NCBI RefSeq assembly: GCF_037042905.1
Contig: NC_087251.1
Coordinates: 8,186,001 to 8,250,000 of the forward strand
Source of the DNA: Lytechinus pictus
Taxonomy: Eukaryota
Direction of reading: 5' to 3'
DNA length: 64,000 nucleotides
In this document: positions 26,901 to 40,604 of the stretch, piece by piece
Layout: the number at the start of each line of letters is the position of its first letter
Numbering within the stretch: the stretch's first letter is position 1
Position numbers and translations under genes: made by a program
The notes under the pieces: model-generated
Told to the model about the DNA's origin: nothing
What the model saw: only the letters and a program-made list of their open reading frames with translations
Database searches by the model: none

Positions 26901-29900
26901 ACTAGTATTTATCTTTCTACGACAGACCACCTAATTCGTCCGCATGACGAATTAAAATCTAGTTCTAAATTTCATTTCAATGGTAATTAACTTACTTCCT
27001 TTATGATCAATTTCAAAAAGCCCATAGTAAGCATCGATCATGTAGAGCTTATCACCAATAAACTTGATCCCCAATGGACGGCCACATTTAATCTCGTCTT
27101 CTCTGGTGCCTAGACAGAACAGAAAAATGGCTTCAGGTTCAAGAACAATCAATCAATCAAAATTAATGGAGGGAAAAACAGGCATCTAAAAAATATGTAA
27201 TTATTCATGAAGTTACTGAAATAAGACTCAACTCTTGCAGCAGTGGCATACCATATACTAGTTGGGAAGATCACAAGTTATAAAAGCAGACTGCAATTCT
27301 TTAATTACATGGACAAAAGCCTGGATTACCAGTAAGAGTAGGACAGGTACATATCCATAACAGTAAGGTTCTATGTTCATGAAGCATATATACCTAGACC
27401 TCAATTTGGTTTAGATCTAGCAGGGTAATGTGGTCTAGTAGTTAGGGCATTGGACTCACAATTGAAAGGTTGTCTATTTTCTTTCATGGCCCACTACTTT
27501 GGAATTCTTTGCCGTTTAATTTGAAAACATCTTGTTCATTTAATATTTTCAAACGTAACTTCAGAAACTTTATATTTGATAATTAAACCTGTTTGTAAAT
27601 ATTTATATATATATATAATCTAAATCTTACCATTTGTGAATCTATGCCTTTGTATTGTCTTCTAATTGTTTTGTTTTTTACTTTTGATATTGTCAATAAT
27701 TATTTCTTTTTAAAGTAAGTTGGGGTGGCCTTTTTATAAGGATATTCTTTTCCTTTTTGGCTGCTTCCCTCTCAATGCTTATTTATGTCTTTGATGTTAT
27801 GTAAACTTTGTTCCTATGTATTTTACCACATTTGTATTCATTTTTATGCAGAGAGAAAAATAAACTTGAATTGAAATTGAATTGAGTTGTGAGTTCAAGT
27901 CCCCACTATGCCACTGCCTCCACTTTGATAAAGACCCTCACTACATGTATGCCTGATTAACTGAGACGTAAAATGTTTCCAATCTAATTGGTTACTTGTA
28001 CACAGCTTGGAGTTATAAAAGCATAAAGCTGTCCTGCCGAGTTCCTATGGGAGTTAATGAAACAGAAACCTATAAAACGATATATATCTTTAAATTTCTT
28101 GTTTTGAGCTACCAAGCAGCATAGCAAATGCAAAACAATACTGCAATTTTTCCCTCCTCAAAAAGATTGATAAACATAACAAGTGGAATGCCTCTGGCCG
28201 TCTCACCTGCATCACGCGATTCAATATAGCAGCAGTGCTGATTTTGAAAACTACTATAACTCGCACAAGATGTTCAGTGATACTTGGTTACTCTTATTTC
28301 CACGTTTTATGAACTAGACCAATACACTTATAGAGATATGATGGCAATTCAACAAATACCCCCAACGTGGCCAAAGTTCTTTGACCTTACATGACCTTTG
28401 ACCTTGATCATGTGACCTGAAACTCGCACAGGATGTTCAGTGATACTTGATTACTCTTATGTCCAAGTTTTATGAACTAGACCAACACACTTTCAAATTT
28501 ATGGCTGTAATTCAACAAATACCCCAATTTGGCCAAAGTTCATTGACCCTAAATGACCTTTGACCTTGATCATGTGACCTGAAACTTGCACAGGATGTTC
28601 AGTAATACTTGATTACTATTATGTCCAAGTTTCATGAATCAGATCCATAAACTTTTAAAGTTATGATGGTAATTCAACAGATACCCCCAATTCGGCCAAA
28701 GTTCATTGACCCTAAATGACCTTTGACCTTGGTCATGTGACGTGAAACTCATGCAAGATGTTCAGTGATACTTGATTAACCTTATGTATAAGTTTCATGA
28801 ACTAGGTCCATATATTTTCTAAGTTATGATGACATTTCAAAAACTTAACCTTAGGTTAAGATTTTGATGTTGATTCCCCCAACATGGTCTAAGTTCATTG
28901 ACCCTAAATGACCTTTGACCTTGGTCATGTGACATGAAACTCAGGCAGGATGTTCAGTAATACTTGATTAACCTTATGGCCAAGTTTCATGAACTAGGTC
29001 CATATACTTTCTAAGTTATGCTGTCATTTCAAAAACTTAACCTCAGGTTAAGATTTGGTGTTGACGCCGCCGCCGCCGTCGCTGTCGGAAAAGCGGCGCC
29101 TATAGTCTCACTCTGCTATGCAGGTGAGACAAAAAGGTGAGTTGGCTGGTTCAACTTTACTATCCAAGGCCAAAATAGTCCAAACTTGAAACAGTTGTGC
29201 AAATAATCTGTTGAACCAACAAGCCAACTCTTAGTCTAAATGTATCAGTATTACCATAATTAGATAATTACTAATTATCAAACTGTTGCAAACTGAATAG
29301 GGAACCAAGAACTATTTGTATGTAAGTGTATATATGTATTTTAGGTCATATGGTTGGGGTCTAGAGTTGATGCTGTTCAAAAAATTTCAATACAAACTGA
29401 ATAAACCATATCAGAGATAAATAATATAGTTTTGATATCAGTAAAATATTATAAAACAAATAAGGATGTACATCACTTGATCCTGAATAGAGCAACTTAC
29501 CACAAGGAGGAGTACCAAGCTGTGCAATAACTTTGATGTCTTTATCATTCTTAATCTCTACCACTTTACCATCATAGGTACCTGTGTAAATGCGACCTAC
29601 AAGAAAGAAAAAAAATCAAACTTTCACCCATTCTTTGTTCTTCTAAACCCCAACTTTCCATTTGGTTAGAATACCATTAATATTTGGCTAAATAGACAGC
29701 AATTGAAACAAAATGTCATTTACCAGCACATATTCATACCCCCTCCCTCCATCCATCCTCTCTATCTACCTCACTCTTACATTAACAAAAGCAAATGCCA
29801 GCACATTATTGCAACTACTTCCTTGATGACAATCTTTTTAAATGAATTCCAAGGCCCCATACTACCAGCAAGTATTGAAAAAGGAAATATTCCATGACAT

Positions 29901-32900
29901 TTTTGATGGTAGAGTGGTTGTTATACTTTACCTTTATTATAGGCCAATGATTCAGGTCCAATAATTTTTCCTTCTAGTAGTTTCTGAGCTTTCTGGAGTT
30001 TGTTGTTTGGTGCCAATGCTCCAGTCCATGGCCGAGGAGGTGGTAACCTAGTATCACAGAAGTAATCCATACAAAGTCATAAGGAAGCAAAATAAATGCA
30101 TCCAAAAAAGAATTTATTTGAGGGGGAAAAATGAAAGGTGTCTGTTAAACTGTATTGTTGTTGATACCTTGATTTCTTAGTTTTTAATACAAGATATGAA
30201 AAACAACAGAATTTATATCATGATTTATTTCAAACTAGGGATGCACTACTCAAAAGTTGCTATTGAACCAATTCTTTAAAAAAAAGTACCAAATGATATC
30301 AATCAAAACAATACAAAGACATTACCCACTATTATTATATATTTTTAAAACCAATATATTTGCATGATTCAATCTAAAAAAGAAGCAGAGTTTACACATC
30401 TATTACATACACAAACAAAGACAGAAAGGAAAGGTAATTCAAGGGGAATCTAGCCCAAATAAAAATTTGTTTATAAGAACAAAAAACTCAGTGATACAGA
30501 TAGGTGAAAGTTTGAAAAACAGTTTGAATGCTGTAAACTTTTAGGTATGATGCTTTCAAATTATCTGAAATGTCATGCTCATTACAAGTATGTGAAATGA
30601 GATTTAAAGAGTGAATCAAAACGACTGTGTAACGTGACTTACTCAAATGCCTCAGGTTCTGCAGGGGATGATTTGAGTGTGATGAGTATAGTCAATGCAA
30701 GCACTATCACAAAGGTGATCTTAAATACTCTGGAAAATAAGTTACAGCATCTTGTCCTGGAAAGAAGCAGAAGAGATATCAATTAAAGCTTAACCAGATG
30801 TTATGATTGCTTGACTTGTTATAGGATTATACTCCTAGTTTTGGTTTTGTTTGATAAAAATATGAAATTAATATCTTACCTGTACATTGGCTCTAACCTT
30901 ACAATTAACTATTAAAGGGGGGGGTGAGAATAATAATATTGGATTTGCAGGGCTCGAAATTGGTGGCGGTCCGGGGGCCATTGACCGCCTAAAGCTCCGT
31001 CGGGCACCCTAAAAGTCGGGTAATAGTGCCCGGGCTGACCACCAGAAAAAATAAATGTAGAAAACCGAAAATGAGTAGGTCTAAAACGAATGAAACTTCT
31101 GGATCTGGATCTGGATGTAATACAGTGCAGGACCGTTAGGTATAATGCACCGGGTTAGGAGAGGGCGCAAATGAGTTTAGTCGAACCGTAGGTGGCTTTC
31201 TTCGATCTTGGCTTTAAACACCTCTGGTGATGTACTGCTGACAACTTCGTTAGGGAGTTGATTCCAGGCCAACGTTGTATTCACAAAAAAAGAATTTCTT
31301 AACTGCTCTGTGTTACAATGTCTTATTGAGAAACACTTGGAGTTATTTGTTACTTGTTTCTCTACCACATTAGTAGCATCAAAGTTTACAAATTTCTTAG
31401 CTTTGATATTACGTTTAGGTCTTGCTTTAATAAGAAATTTATCAACAGGAAGGGCAGGAACCAACCCCTCGACCACTTTGAAGTAGGATGTAAGTTTCAG
31501 GACTTGGCGTCTTGAGGCAAGAGTAGGCAGGTTGAGATTCTCTCTCATCTTGGTAATCGAACCTGGTTCTCGAGAGCTGTAGTCCCCACAGATGAACCGT
31601 ACTGCTCTACGCTGTGTTTTCTCCAGACATTGAATATCCTTCTGAAGATAGGGATCCCACACACATGCACCATATTCCAGGATAGATCTGACTAGTGCAA
31701 TGTATGCTGTGCGCTTGCAGTTCTCTGGGCAGAAACTTAGGTTCCTTCTGAGTAAAGCAAGGACAGAGTTTGCCTTCCTCACAGCTTTGTTGATCTGGGG
31801 TGACCACTTCAGATTGTCAGCTAATGTTACTCCAAGGTATGGATGTTGAGATACATGTTTAAGTATACAGTCATTTATGGTGTAAAAGTATGAGGTTTTG
31901 GCATTTATGCTCATAACTTGGCACTTGCCAGCATTGAACCTCATTCCCCAAGTGGATGCCCAATTTTCTAATGCAGTAAGGTCCTGCTGCAGCTTATGAT
32001 GGTCTCGTTGAGATTTAATCTGTCTATACAGCACACAGTCATCTGCGAATAAGTGAACCTGTGACTGGACAACATCAGGGAGGTCGTTGATGTGGCATAG
32101 AAATAACAAGGGTCCGAGTACTGTCCCCTGCGGCACACCTGATGTTACTTCCTCTGTTACTTCTCTCATGCAGAGCATTTAAACTTATATTTTGTTGCTT
32201 ACGTTTAGAAATTTTGAAATCCGTTTAGACGAATTCTGCACTGATTATTCAATTTTTTTACAATTCTCCCCGACTTCATTGTAGATTCGATCCACATCGC
32301 GCATCAAAGACAGTCACGCTTAGTCTAGTCCCACGCATGCAATCAATCTCACTCCCGTGATCGAAAGTGCAAGTACACACTGAGCAAGACTGGTACCTAG
32401 TTTTGTAAATTTTGTGTGTATGACGCACACACTCTTATGCCGCGGTATATGGTATCATTCAACAGACTGACCCGTGATCCCACCACTTAGGTATTGTGCG
32501 GCACTACCGTACGCTCTCAATATGACCGCATATTCAATACCCTTCATTATTTCGCGGCATGTACATTGATCAACCCACTGACGGTTCGGCTAGCCCATGG
32601 CACTAGCGCACGACTTTCATGGGCCGATCGACGGCCGGCGTATCCAGTCATTGATCGGCCCATTGAACTTGAATAAAGTTAAGTCCTTTCATTATAGTAT
32701 CAAATTCAACGTGTGGTGAGCTTGTTGTGTGTTATTTGGTGATCGAGGACACATTTTGTGATGTTGGGGAATGGACAACAACATGATCACTTGTTTATGT
32801 TTTGCCTCATCCAAGCCACTTGTGGTTTTGTTCCCACTCTTTCTGTAATGTACACTTCTGGGGCCCATTTCATAAAAAGTTGCTATAAATTCTTTCACAG

Positions 32901-34760
32901 CCAGAGGCTGAATTGTGGAATCTTTTACAAATCAAAAATATAAACATTACATAAACATCATAAATAATTACATGATTACACAATGCAAAATTAAAATACT
33001 AATATGATATCCAAAAACAAACTATGAGTACAGGATATCATGCATTAAAAGAAAACAAATTAAGCACAGAGACTCAGAGTTTACCTTAGAGAGAGTGACA
33101 GAGAGAAAGGGACTGGGACAGAAAGAGACAGTTACACAGAAAGAGAGAAACATGGACAGAGAGAAAGAGAAAAGGATCATGAGTAATTTTTTTTATCTCC
33201 TTTGAAACAAAGGCTTGAGTTTGTCCTTTTTAATCCACAGAAAGGTTCCACCAGTAATGTAGTGTTTCGCAGCAAACTTACACAAAAGTATACAGAGTTG
33301 ATACACTTTACAATTTGTCATGATACAATATTTTCAATATGCATGTGATGACCACCTAAAGTTCAGTCCAGGGTGCCCGGCTGACTTCCAAAAATTAAAG
33401 TTAATCGACAGGCCTGAATTTGTATAGCGCATGTATCCACCTTGCTAGGTGCTCAAGGCGCTCCTATATTACCCCGGCTAAGCTAGTCTACCGATTCTGG
33501 TGTGCACAGCTTTTTGAGGAATTACTTCCTGCCGGTACCCATTTACCTCACCAGGGTCAAGTGCAGCACAGTGTGGATAAATTTCTTGCTGAAGGAAAAT
33601 ACGCCATGGCTAGGATTCGAACCCACGACCCTCTGTTTGAAAGGCGAGAGTCAGAACCACTAGACCACGACGCGCCCACTGATCAAAACTGATCAAACTT
33701 TGTGTGGTCTCTCATTGACTGTGTGTTCTAAGCAACTAGTCTTGAAAATATACATTTTGAAATAACCATCAACAATACTGAATTACCGGTAGCCTATAAT
33801 TTTATTCATACAGAGACATTAAAATGATTTTGAAAGGAAAGTACTTATTTGCTGCTCGGTAATAATTGATGTGGTATGATTGAGTAAAGAATTATTTTGT
33901 AATCATTCAAGTGAGCCTATATCATAAGACTACACACCTCAGAATCTTGCATCATACTGGCCAGATGTGGGTAATTGAAAACTTGAAATGGTGCAATTAC
34001 AGCTGCTAGTTTGTTGCTGCTTTAAAATTACTACTATTATTGTCTTTTAATATCCCTTCAAGTTGAAACACTTTCTATCTAAATGTGAATCTGAAGTGAT
34101 TTGTTATTTTTTATTGAATCAGTTGAAGGAAATTATTTCATGAACATACACTGTATATAAAGTCACATACTATAATTCCTTTCTGTCATTTATGTTGATA
34201 AAGAGGAAATTAAAAAAAAATTATTTGCATTCCAATTAATTGTTATTTCAATTTTTATTCAAAAGAACAAACTAACTCGAAGAGTAGGTCTACCAAATTT
34301 TAAATAAAAATTTAAATATAGTTTTTGGGTGTAATTTTTTTTAAGATCACATAGAATTTTCATTTGAAAATTAGATCATAATTGTTTGTTTAAAAACTCA
34401 TGCCATGTATCTGTTATGGAGTAGTATTATGCAGGTTGTTGTTTTACACCATATCTGAATATATTTGTGATCAATATCACTCTTATTTATAGTGTAGTTT
34501 CTCTTTTCATCCTACAATTTGTTTTCATGTAAACAGTACTCTTGAATGTCTTGAACTACAATTATCATAGTTTCATTTAGATTAAAAAGTGGGATCAGAA
34601 AAAAAACACTTAGGCACCTGGCCGGAGTAGATTTGTCTTTAACTTACATCATTCCTTGCTTCTTCATCTTCCTTTTCATCTGCTTGGGAGGCTCATTTTG
34701 TCCATCATCCTCAGTCAACTCTGGTTTCCGATGCCTAATTCCTTCAGTATTGGCCATCAT
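20958..34760 (-). CDS. APMAP: Adipocyte plasma membrane-associated protein (strictosidine-synthase-like/arylesterase beta-propeller), complete, 418 aa; exons 34760-34648, 30756-30643, 30047-29932, 29596-29501, 27109-26996, 23506-23332, 22203-22069, 21678-21486, 21158-20958
   Basis: All introns are GT-AG with consistent phases (1257 nt in total). Motifs: GIRHRKP, a TM segment in exon 2, GPESL, YTGTYDGKVV, CGRPLGI, FAND, FTDSS, FPNGLQLSP, NLPGMPDNIRPS, SLHDPTG, LYLGSY, matching the recalled human APMAP. Confidence 0.95.
23640..26480. mobile_element. Old degenerate TIR element in an APMAP intron, hosting a nested MITE
   Basis: ~140-bp imperfect inverted repeats (cactacaaggggaaga...ggggaaggg...cagcgttgagta...tgtgtacaag versus the reverse complement at ~26350-26480). 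Repeated gttgccatggcaac-like motifs inside. Confidence 0.55.
25728..26184. mobile_element. Kolobok-like MITE (TTAA-associated)
   Basis: TIRs gggaagttcaccctga / tcagagtgaacttccc flanked by ttaa / gtaa. Confidence 0.65.
28178..29135 (-). mobile_element. HINE-type element, family A copy 3 (APMAP intron)
   Basis: Nearly identical to 8303-9269 but with unrelated flanks, so an independent insertion. Confidence 0.85.
31098..32171 (-). mobile_element. 5'-truncated CR1/L2-clade LINE; uninterrupted RT C-terminal ORF ending at 31177
   Basis: SGVPQGTVLGPLLFL, INDL, LFADD, W...WGMRFN..KC, YLGV, LVRSILEY..VWDPY motifs. Short 3' UTR ending in a (TCCAGA)n tail at ~31098-31116. Confidence 0.9.
33418..33678 (-). 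mobile_element. tRNA-derived SINE; degenerate relatives at ~21740-21930 and ~27420-27920
   Basis: Minus strand reads gggcgcgtcgTGGTCTAGTGG (A box)...GGTTCGAATCC (B box), followed by an aaatgggtaccgg-containing core and an AT-rich tail. Confidence 0.8.
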
Positions 34761-34877
34761 TGACTTGATATATCTTCCTTATACTATTATTATATAGAAC
34801 ACAATATTCATGAAACAATGTGTAGAAGTATTAATTATGGTACATGGACTGATTCACCCAACTTCACATTTCTTTCT

Positions 34878-35547
34878 GTATGATGGGGTGTCCAAACTTC
34901 GTGGACATTTCAAAAATATTCATCAGGCTTAACTTTGTTCACAAAATATTCACATTTTATACAAAACAAATTCAAATCATAGCTCCCAAATTGATGGCAA
35001 ATCGTAAACTATAAAATTATTGACGAAGTTGTGAAGTACATGTAGGTCAAGGGGTTAAGCTGGTATCATGATCTCAAAATTCTTCCGATCGATGAATGTG
35101 CACTGTACTGGAAATCCGTTCTGAAAAAGTGTGACCAAACTTCGCGGACCAAAGTTTTGTGGAGATTTAAACAAAAACTCATAATTCAAAAGGTGAGATA
35201 ATTATATCAGATAGACGGATAAATGCTATAGAATCGGTCAGTACCAAGTTTAACTCACATTATTGATATCTGCTTGCAAAATGATTTCCTGATGCTTAAT
35301 TGTTGAGATAATAAGAAGATCAGATTTTTTTCGGAATGGGCGCCAACGCGGTGACAAATTTGCCGATCTTTTGTCAATATTTTCATGAATACTGAACTTT
35401 TCCTAAAGAAACTTACCAGAGGATAATTTTAAGTCGCTTCTCATGTTGATGATATTGGATTTCAAAGTCTTGAATAAATTTTTAGATAATGGTCGTTCGC
35501 GAAAAATGGATACACGCGAAGTTTAGACTTTGGACTCTCTGCCATAC
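34878..35547. mobile_element. Degenerate TIR element
   Basis: gtatg...gtccaaacttcgtg versus cgcgaagtttagac...gccatac inverted ends. Confidence 0.45.
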
Positions 35548-35681
35548 TAGCTGCCACTGTGTCTGGCAGCATTCGTTAGAAAGCCAAATTTTGATAGGGG
35601 AGGGGGGTCTATCTAGATCTAGTTCAATTATTCTAATCTAAAAAAAGTTAGGCCTATTTTTTTTTAGGCTATTAATTACAT

Positions 35682-36561
35682 GTATAGTCACATATTGTAT
35701 TACCGGACACTATTATGATTCCGGACGCACATATTACTGCGTTCGAAAACAATTTCGTACCGTAAGCCTTCTGCAATTCAATTTCACATAGCAATACATA
35801 AAACAAGATTGCAAAAACAAGGCGAAAAAATCCAACTTTTACATTATTTATCTCTAAAATGACAGAAAATGCTTAAAATATCATATAACATAGTTTTGCA
35901 TTAACAATTGATATATTTTCTATCGGAAATATGGGCCTGATTTGCCGAATTTCAATCTCGTCCACTCCTTCGATCGAATGATGAGGTGTGGTGTATTGTG
36001 GGTGATCGTCGACGGCTAGTTCTCAAGGTACCCATGCGCAAGGTTTACCGTGAGTAGAGCCATCGATCGGCAGCGCATCGATAGAACTTGATGAGCGAGC
36101 GTCACGATATGAACGCGAGCATATATTATTGGAAAGTGCCATGGAACATGCAGCTAACAAGAAAAAATAAAATAAGTTATCAAACACGAATTTATTACCA
36201 ACATCTGCTCAGATTCGATATAAAAAGCAAATAAAAACTTAGAATTTACTCATGATATAATATAAGAACAAAATCACACAAATTTGTTCTTACATCATTA
36301 TAAAGGATATCTTTACCCGTCCGGAATCATGATGTAATTTGTCGCGCACGAAAATAATTGTTTTTCGTGGAGGGGTATGCGGCAACTGCGATGCAAAGAA
36401 AATGGTTGGTAAATATAAAATAATTTTATCATATTCATAATTTTCATAATATTTGGAATAGCAAGTGTGATTTTTTCTTGATTGTATTTCCTCTAGTTGT
36501 CATTTTTAAAGCACTGAAAATGAAATAAAGGTGTCCGGCAATATAGGATACACTGCCATAC
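35682..36561. mobile_element. Degenerate TIR element with a CpG-rich centre
   Basis: tattaccggacac / gtgtccggcaata inverted ends; internal atgattccggacg / cgtccggaatcat pair. Confidence 0.55.
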
Positions 36562-36747
36562 GTCATACTAATATACTAGTACATACAACAAGCTTCATTT
36601 TAACCAAAATAATTTTAGTAAAAGAAAATAAAAATAAATAAAATTCCCAGTTCAAAGATCAAGTTCGACTAGTCCTCTAGATTTTACGGCATAGTATTGG
36701 TCTATAATATAAAAGTCCTTCATCAAAAATTAAGTGCAGCCCTGCGC

Positions 36748-37310
36748 CCCGGGGGGGCCACTTCCATTGACGAGTGGATACCATGCGCGACCACGGGGTC
36801 TCGAAAAGCACCCTAAACACGTATTTTCCATGTTCTGAAAATGCACCCCTTAACAAGTATTGGCGTCTGAAACCCTACCCTTAACAAGTATTGGAAACAA
36901 ATCTATACTCTTGGCAAGTATTCCCTGAAATGAATCCCTAAACAAGTATACAGCGATATTTTATAGTTGTGTCACGGGTCCGTCGGTTTTACTAATTTTT
37001 ACACACCATTTGGTTTAGTAAGGCCCCACCTTCCTCACCTCGCGCAAATCGGGACTCTAAATACGTAGTGTTGGGGCAAAAAGGACATCCTTTATACAAC
37101 ATTTTAATTTTGTTTTATCATCCCCGCAAATTTGACCCTAAACACGTAGCTTTCCTAGCGAAATAGATACCCTTTTTTCATTATATTGTGTTTTTGACAC
37201 CCTTATCACGTTACGTACGTAACGTGCCCTATCTTGAAAAAGACATCCTTTTTACGTGTTTTTTTGGTCGCGCATGGTATCCACTCGTCAATGTAAGTGG
37301 CCCCCCCGGG
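36748..37310. mobile_element. MITE with an 8-bp TSD (hAT-like)
   Basis: ~44-bp near-perfect TIRs cccgggggggccacttccattgacgagtggataccatgcgcgacca; TSD CCCTGCGC at 36740-36747 and 37311-37318. Confidence 0.9.
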
Positions 37311-37632
37311 CCCTGCGCCTGCTGCTGCGCCAACCAGCTCCACGGCGCACGGCCGTGCATACTGTACTGTATATGCCGTGGAACTCCCGTCTCCGGAGTC
37401 CGATCCTCTCGCGTCTCCTCAGTCCCTGCACGTCAAACGACTCTCTAACTCTAACTTGTCTAAGTCTAAAACTAAAAGCTAAGTTAAGTCTCAGCTATAA
37501 ACTAACACTCATATGATAATTTCCAGGTGTTCTCTCTTGCTTTTCTTAATTCAGATCTTAAAAAATTGTTTAAATAAATGTCTTTAAAAGGCGTATTTAA
37601 AATGTAAAAGATTTTATCCGGTTTATCCCTAC

Positions 37633-37710
37633 CTTGCTTGCCGACCTTGCTAGCGGCTTCCTCTAACTTTTATGTATTGAGGGTTTTCTACATTCACTTC
37701 CTCATACATA
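37633..37710 (-). promoter_or_regulatory. Candidate non-coding first exon / TSS region of APMAP
   Basis: Minus-strand donor AAG/GTAGGG with the exon ending at 37633, an ETS-like cacttcct at ~37696, and an adjacent CpG-rich stretch at 37311-37440. Inference only. Confidence 0.4.
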
Positions 37711-38166
37711 TCCGGTATAGTCTATTTTGAGACCATGGGCATGGAAATAGTAGCAAAGATTATTAAAAATTATGCTATGATATTCTTTGGCAAAGAAATA
37801 TCATATATATATATATATCAAGGCAGTTTTGAAGGTGTAATGAATCAGAAAAATTGTCTAACTTACTTCTCGCTTGGATATTAATGACATTAATCTAAAT
37901 ATATTCAATTGCTGAAAAGTTCAATCCCGGAGTTTATATGGATTCAGCAGGAATTTTTTTTCCAGTAAGGTACTCTTTTTCGGTTCGTGGGAACTGTTCC
38001 GTCAAAACTAGGAATATTTTGAAGAGAGCAGCTAGAATAGTTGAAAAGAACCCGGAAAAGAACTTTGATTATATTATAAGAGAAGTATAAATACTCCTCT
38101 TTACCCCCTTGTGTTTGTATGTTTGTGTGTATTTTTTTGTCATTTAATGTTATTACTATATATATA

Positions 38167-40604
38167 CCCACTGGGCAATTTGTTACCGATTACCAATTTT
38201 ACCGGTTATTACCGGTAATATCACCCGGAAATTTGAGTAACACCAAATATTACCGTTATTACCATGTTATTACCGAAATTATAATTCCTGTTGATACCTG
38301 TTACTGTAATTATCACCCTGATGAAACCTACATTTACCTATAGTTACAACAGGGTGATGAGGGGTAATAAGGGTAATGTTGAATGACTTTGATTGGTTAT
38401 AACATTGCAAACTTTAGTAATAAGAGCAATCTTACAGCAATCCCAGCGAAATTTTCAAAGTCCAAAAAATTACTGTTATCACCCTGATGAAACCAACATT
38501 TTACCCAGTTACAAACAGGTTGATAAGGGGTAATGGGTAATGTTGAAACGCTTCCATTCCCAGACAGCAAAGTATCTGGATCACATACGGTTCTTATCTG
38601 GGATATCTGGGTCCCATATGGGCCCACATGGAACCCAGATGAAAACATATACTTGAACCCACATGGTGCCCAGCAGTGGCGTAACTACGGGGGGGGGGGC
38701 ATGGGGGGGGGGCACGTGCCCCCCCCAATCGGCTGACACAAAAAAAAAAAACGGGGAAAAGGAGAAAAAGAGGGAGAAAGGAAGAGGAACGTAGTGGGAA
38801 AGAAGAAATTATTATTCATTATAATTGTATATTGTATTACAATCATGTTGTTATTTTACATAGGAAACATTTTTATCATAACTTTATGAAACATAATTTG
38901 CTCAGGGTCCATGTCTTCACTGTTCCTGGTGCACGCATTGTCTGTTTAAAGAGATATATAAACCTGTTGTACGAAAACCTCCCGTTTTCAAGTCAATATA
39001 CATCAAATATATTATTGTTTTATATAGTGACATATGGTTCTTTTTCATGACTACTTAAAGTGATTGCCCCATGTTAAGGTCTTAATATAAAACATTTCCT
39101 GTCCGTGATTACGTTCGCTTCAGTGGATTGGTGAGATATGTCTGCTCTCCATGAATTCCTAAAATCAGTCCTTGAAATATCCCTTTTTCTGATCTAAATA
39201 TCCAAAATTTTCAGCTCGCGCTTCGCGCTCGCATCATTTGGTTAGTGAAATACGTATGGTCTTCGTGAATTCCTACAAACAAGCCTTAGACTGCCCCGCT
39301 TCAGGTCTGAATTATCTAAATTTTCAGCTCGCGCTTCGCGCTCGCAATATTTGATTAGTGAGATGCGTATGATAATCATGATTACATTGACTACAAAAAG
39401 TGCTTCATGTGTTCAGATGTGATTCTAACACAATCAGCAAGCACTTGGCACTCGCATTAGATGACTATGGTGAGATATGTATAATATTAAGAGATTCCTA
39501 AAATATAGTCCTTAAGATCTCCCTGTTTGTGATCAATATATACAAAAATTTTCGGCTCGCGCTTCGCGCTCGCATTGTTTAGCGAGACAGGTACGTATCA
39601 TGATCACAAAAATTCGATTGTTAAGTCCCTTTTTAGGTCTGAATATCAAAAATTTTCAGCTCGCGCTTCGCGCTCGCATTATTTGATTGCTGAGATGCGT
39701 ATGTTATTCATGATTACAATGACTACAAGTGCTTCCTCAAAATGTCTCTATTAGGTCAGTGTACCTGACAACTGAGCGCGCTTCGCGCGCTCACTAAGTG
39801 ACTTAATTTTTTTGCTGGTGCCCCCCCAATGCCGTGACCCACGGTACGCCACTGGTGCCCAGATAGGACTCAGATGGAAACGAGACCTCCAACCCATGCG
39901 GAACCCATTAATATTGGGTAAATGGAGTAATATCAGATGGTAATATCAGGAAAATGCTGGGAATATTAGTTACTCATGAATATTCATTACTACAATAAAT
40001 GGCCAAAATTTTAGCTAATATAGCTGTAATAATTAATGTGTTTATGTTTATGCAATTATTCCACCCAGAAAATTTTCAGAAAAATGTGTAGTTTATAAAT
40101 ATATTTTATTAGTCATAATCATGACATTAATTTTAGAAAAATGTTTTAGGGTTGAATAATTGTTAACCATAATTTGTCAAGTGTTGTAAACTCGCTCAAT
40201 ATATATAAGTAAATGACAGGGTTTGGTGGATAGGTGTAGGATAGGATTAGGATTAGGATGTAGGATTTTAGGATAGGATAAGATGATATGGCTTAGAGTA
40301 TGGAGTTGTAAAAATGTGCTTCAATGACCCTAATGACACTAATTGTTTTTTTAATGAGCCGACATTAATTGGGTAATATTGGGTAAACAGAGTAATATGA
40401 GGTGGTGATATCATTAAAATAACTGGAAATATCGGTTACATCATACTGGGTAATATTGGGTAAATTGAGTAATATCGGGTCCGGGTAATAACGGGGAAAG
40501 ATTGGTCTACTATTTCCCCGTTACTACCCACTGGTGTTACCGTGGTAATAACTACGTTATTACCTGTTACAACCCGGGTAATATCGGGTAAAATGCCCAG
40601 TGGG
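38167..40604. mobile_element. EnSpm/CACTA-like (CCC-terminal) non-autonomous element, outer layer of a nest
   Basis: TIR cccactgggca / tgcccagtggg, TA on both sides, many subterminal ttacc / ggtaa repeats. Confidence 0.75.
38674..39854. mobile_element. hAT-like element with internal tandem units of roughly 110-130 bp
   Basis: TIR cagtggcgta / tacgccactg; 8-bp TSD GTGCCCAG at 38666-38673 and 39855-39862; recurring gctcgcgcttcgcgctcgca core. Confidence 0.88.

Noticed and set aside
31177..32178. Retron/DGR/group II intron RT or a domesticated RT gene
   Set aside because: Motifs and the 3' microsatellite tail are those of a non-LTR LINE, and it is 5'-truncated within the RT domain.
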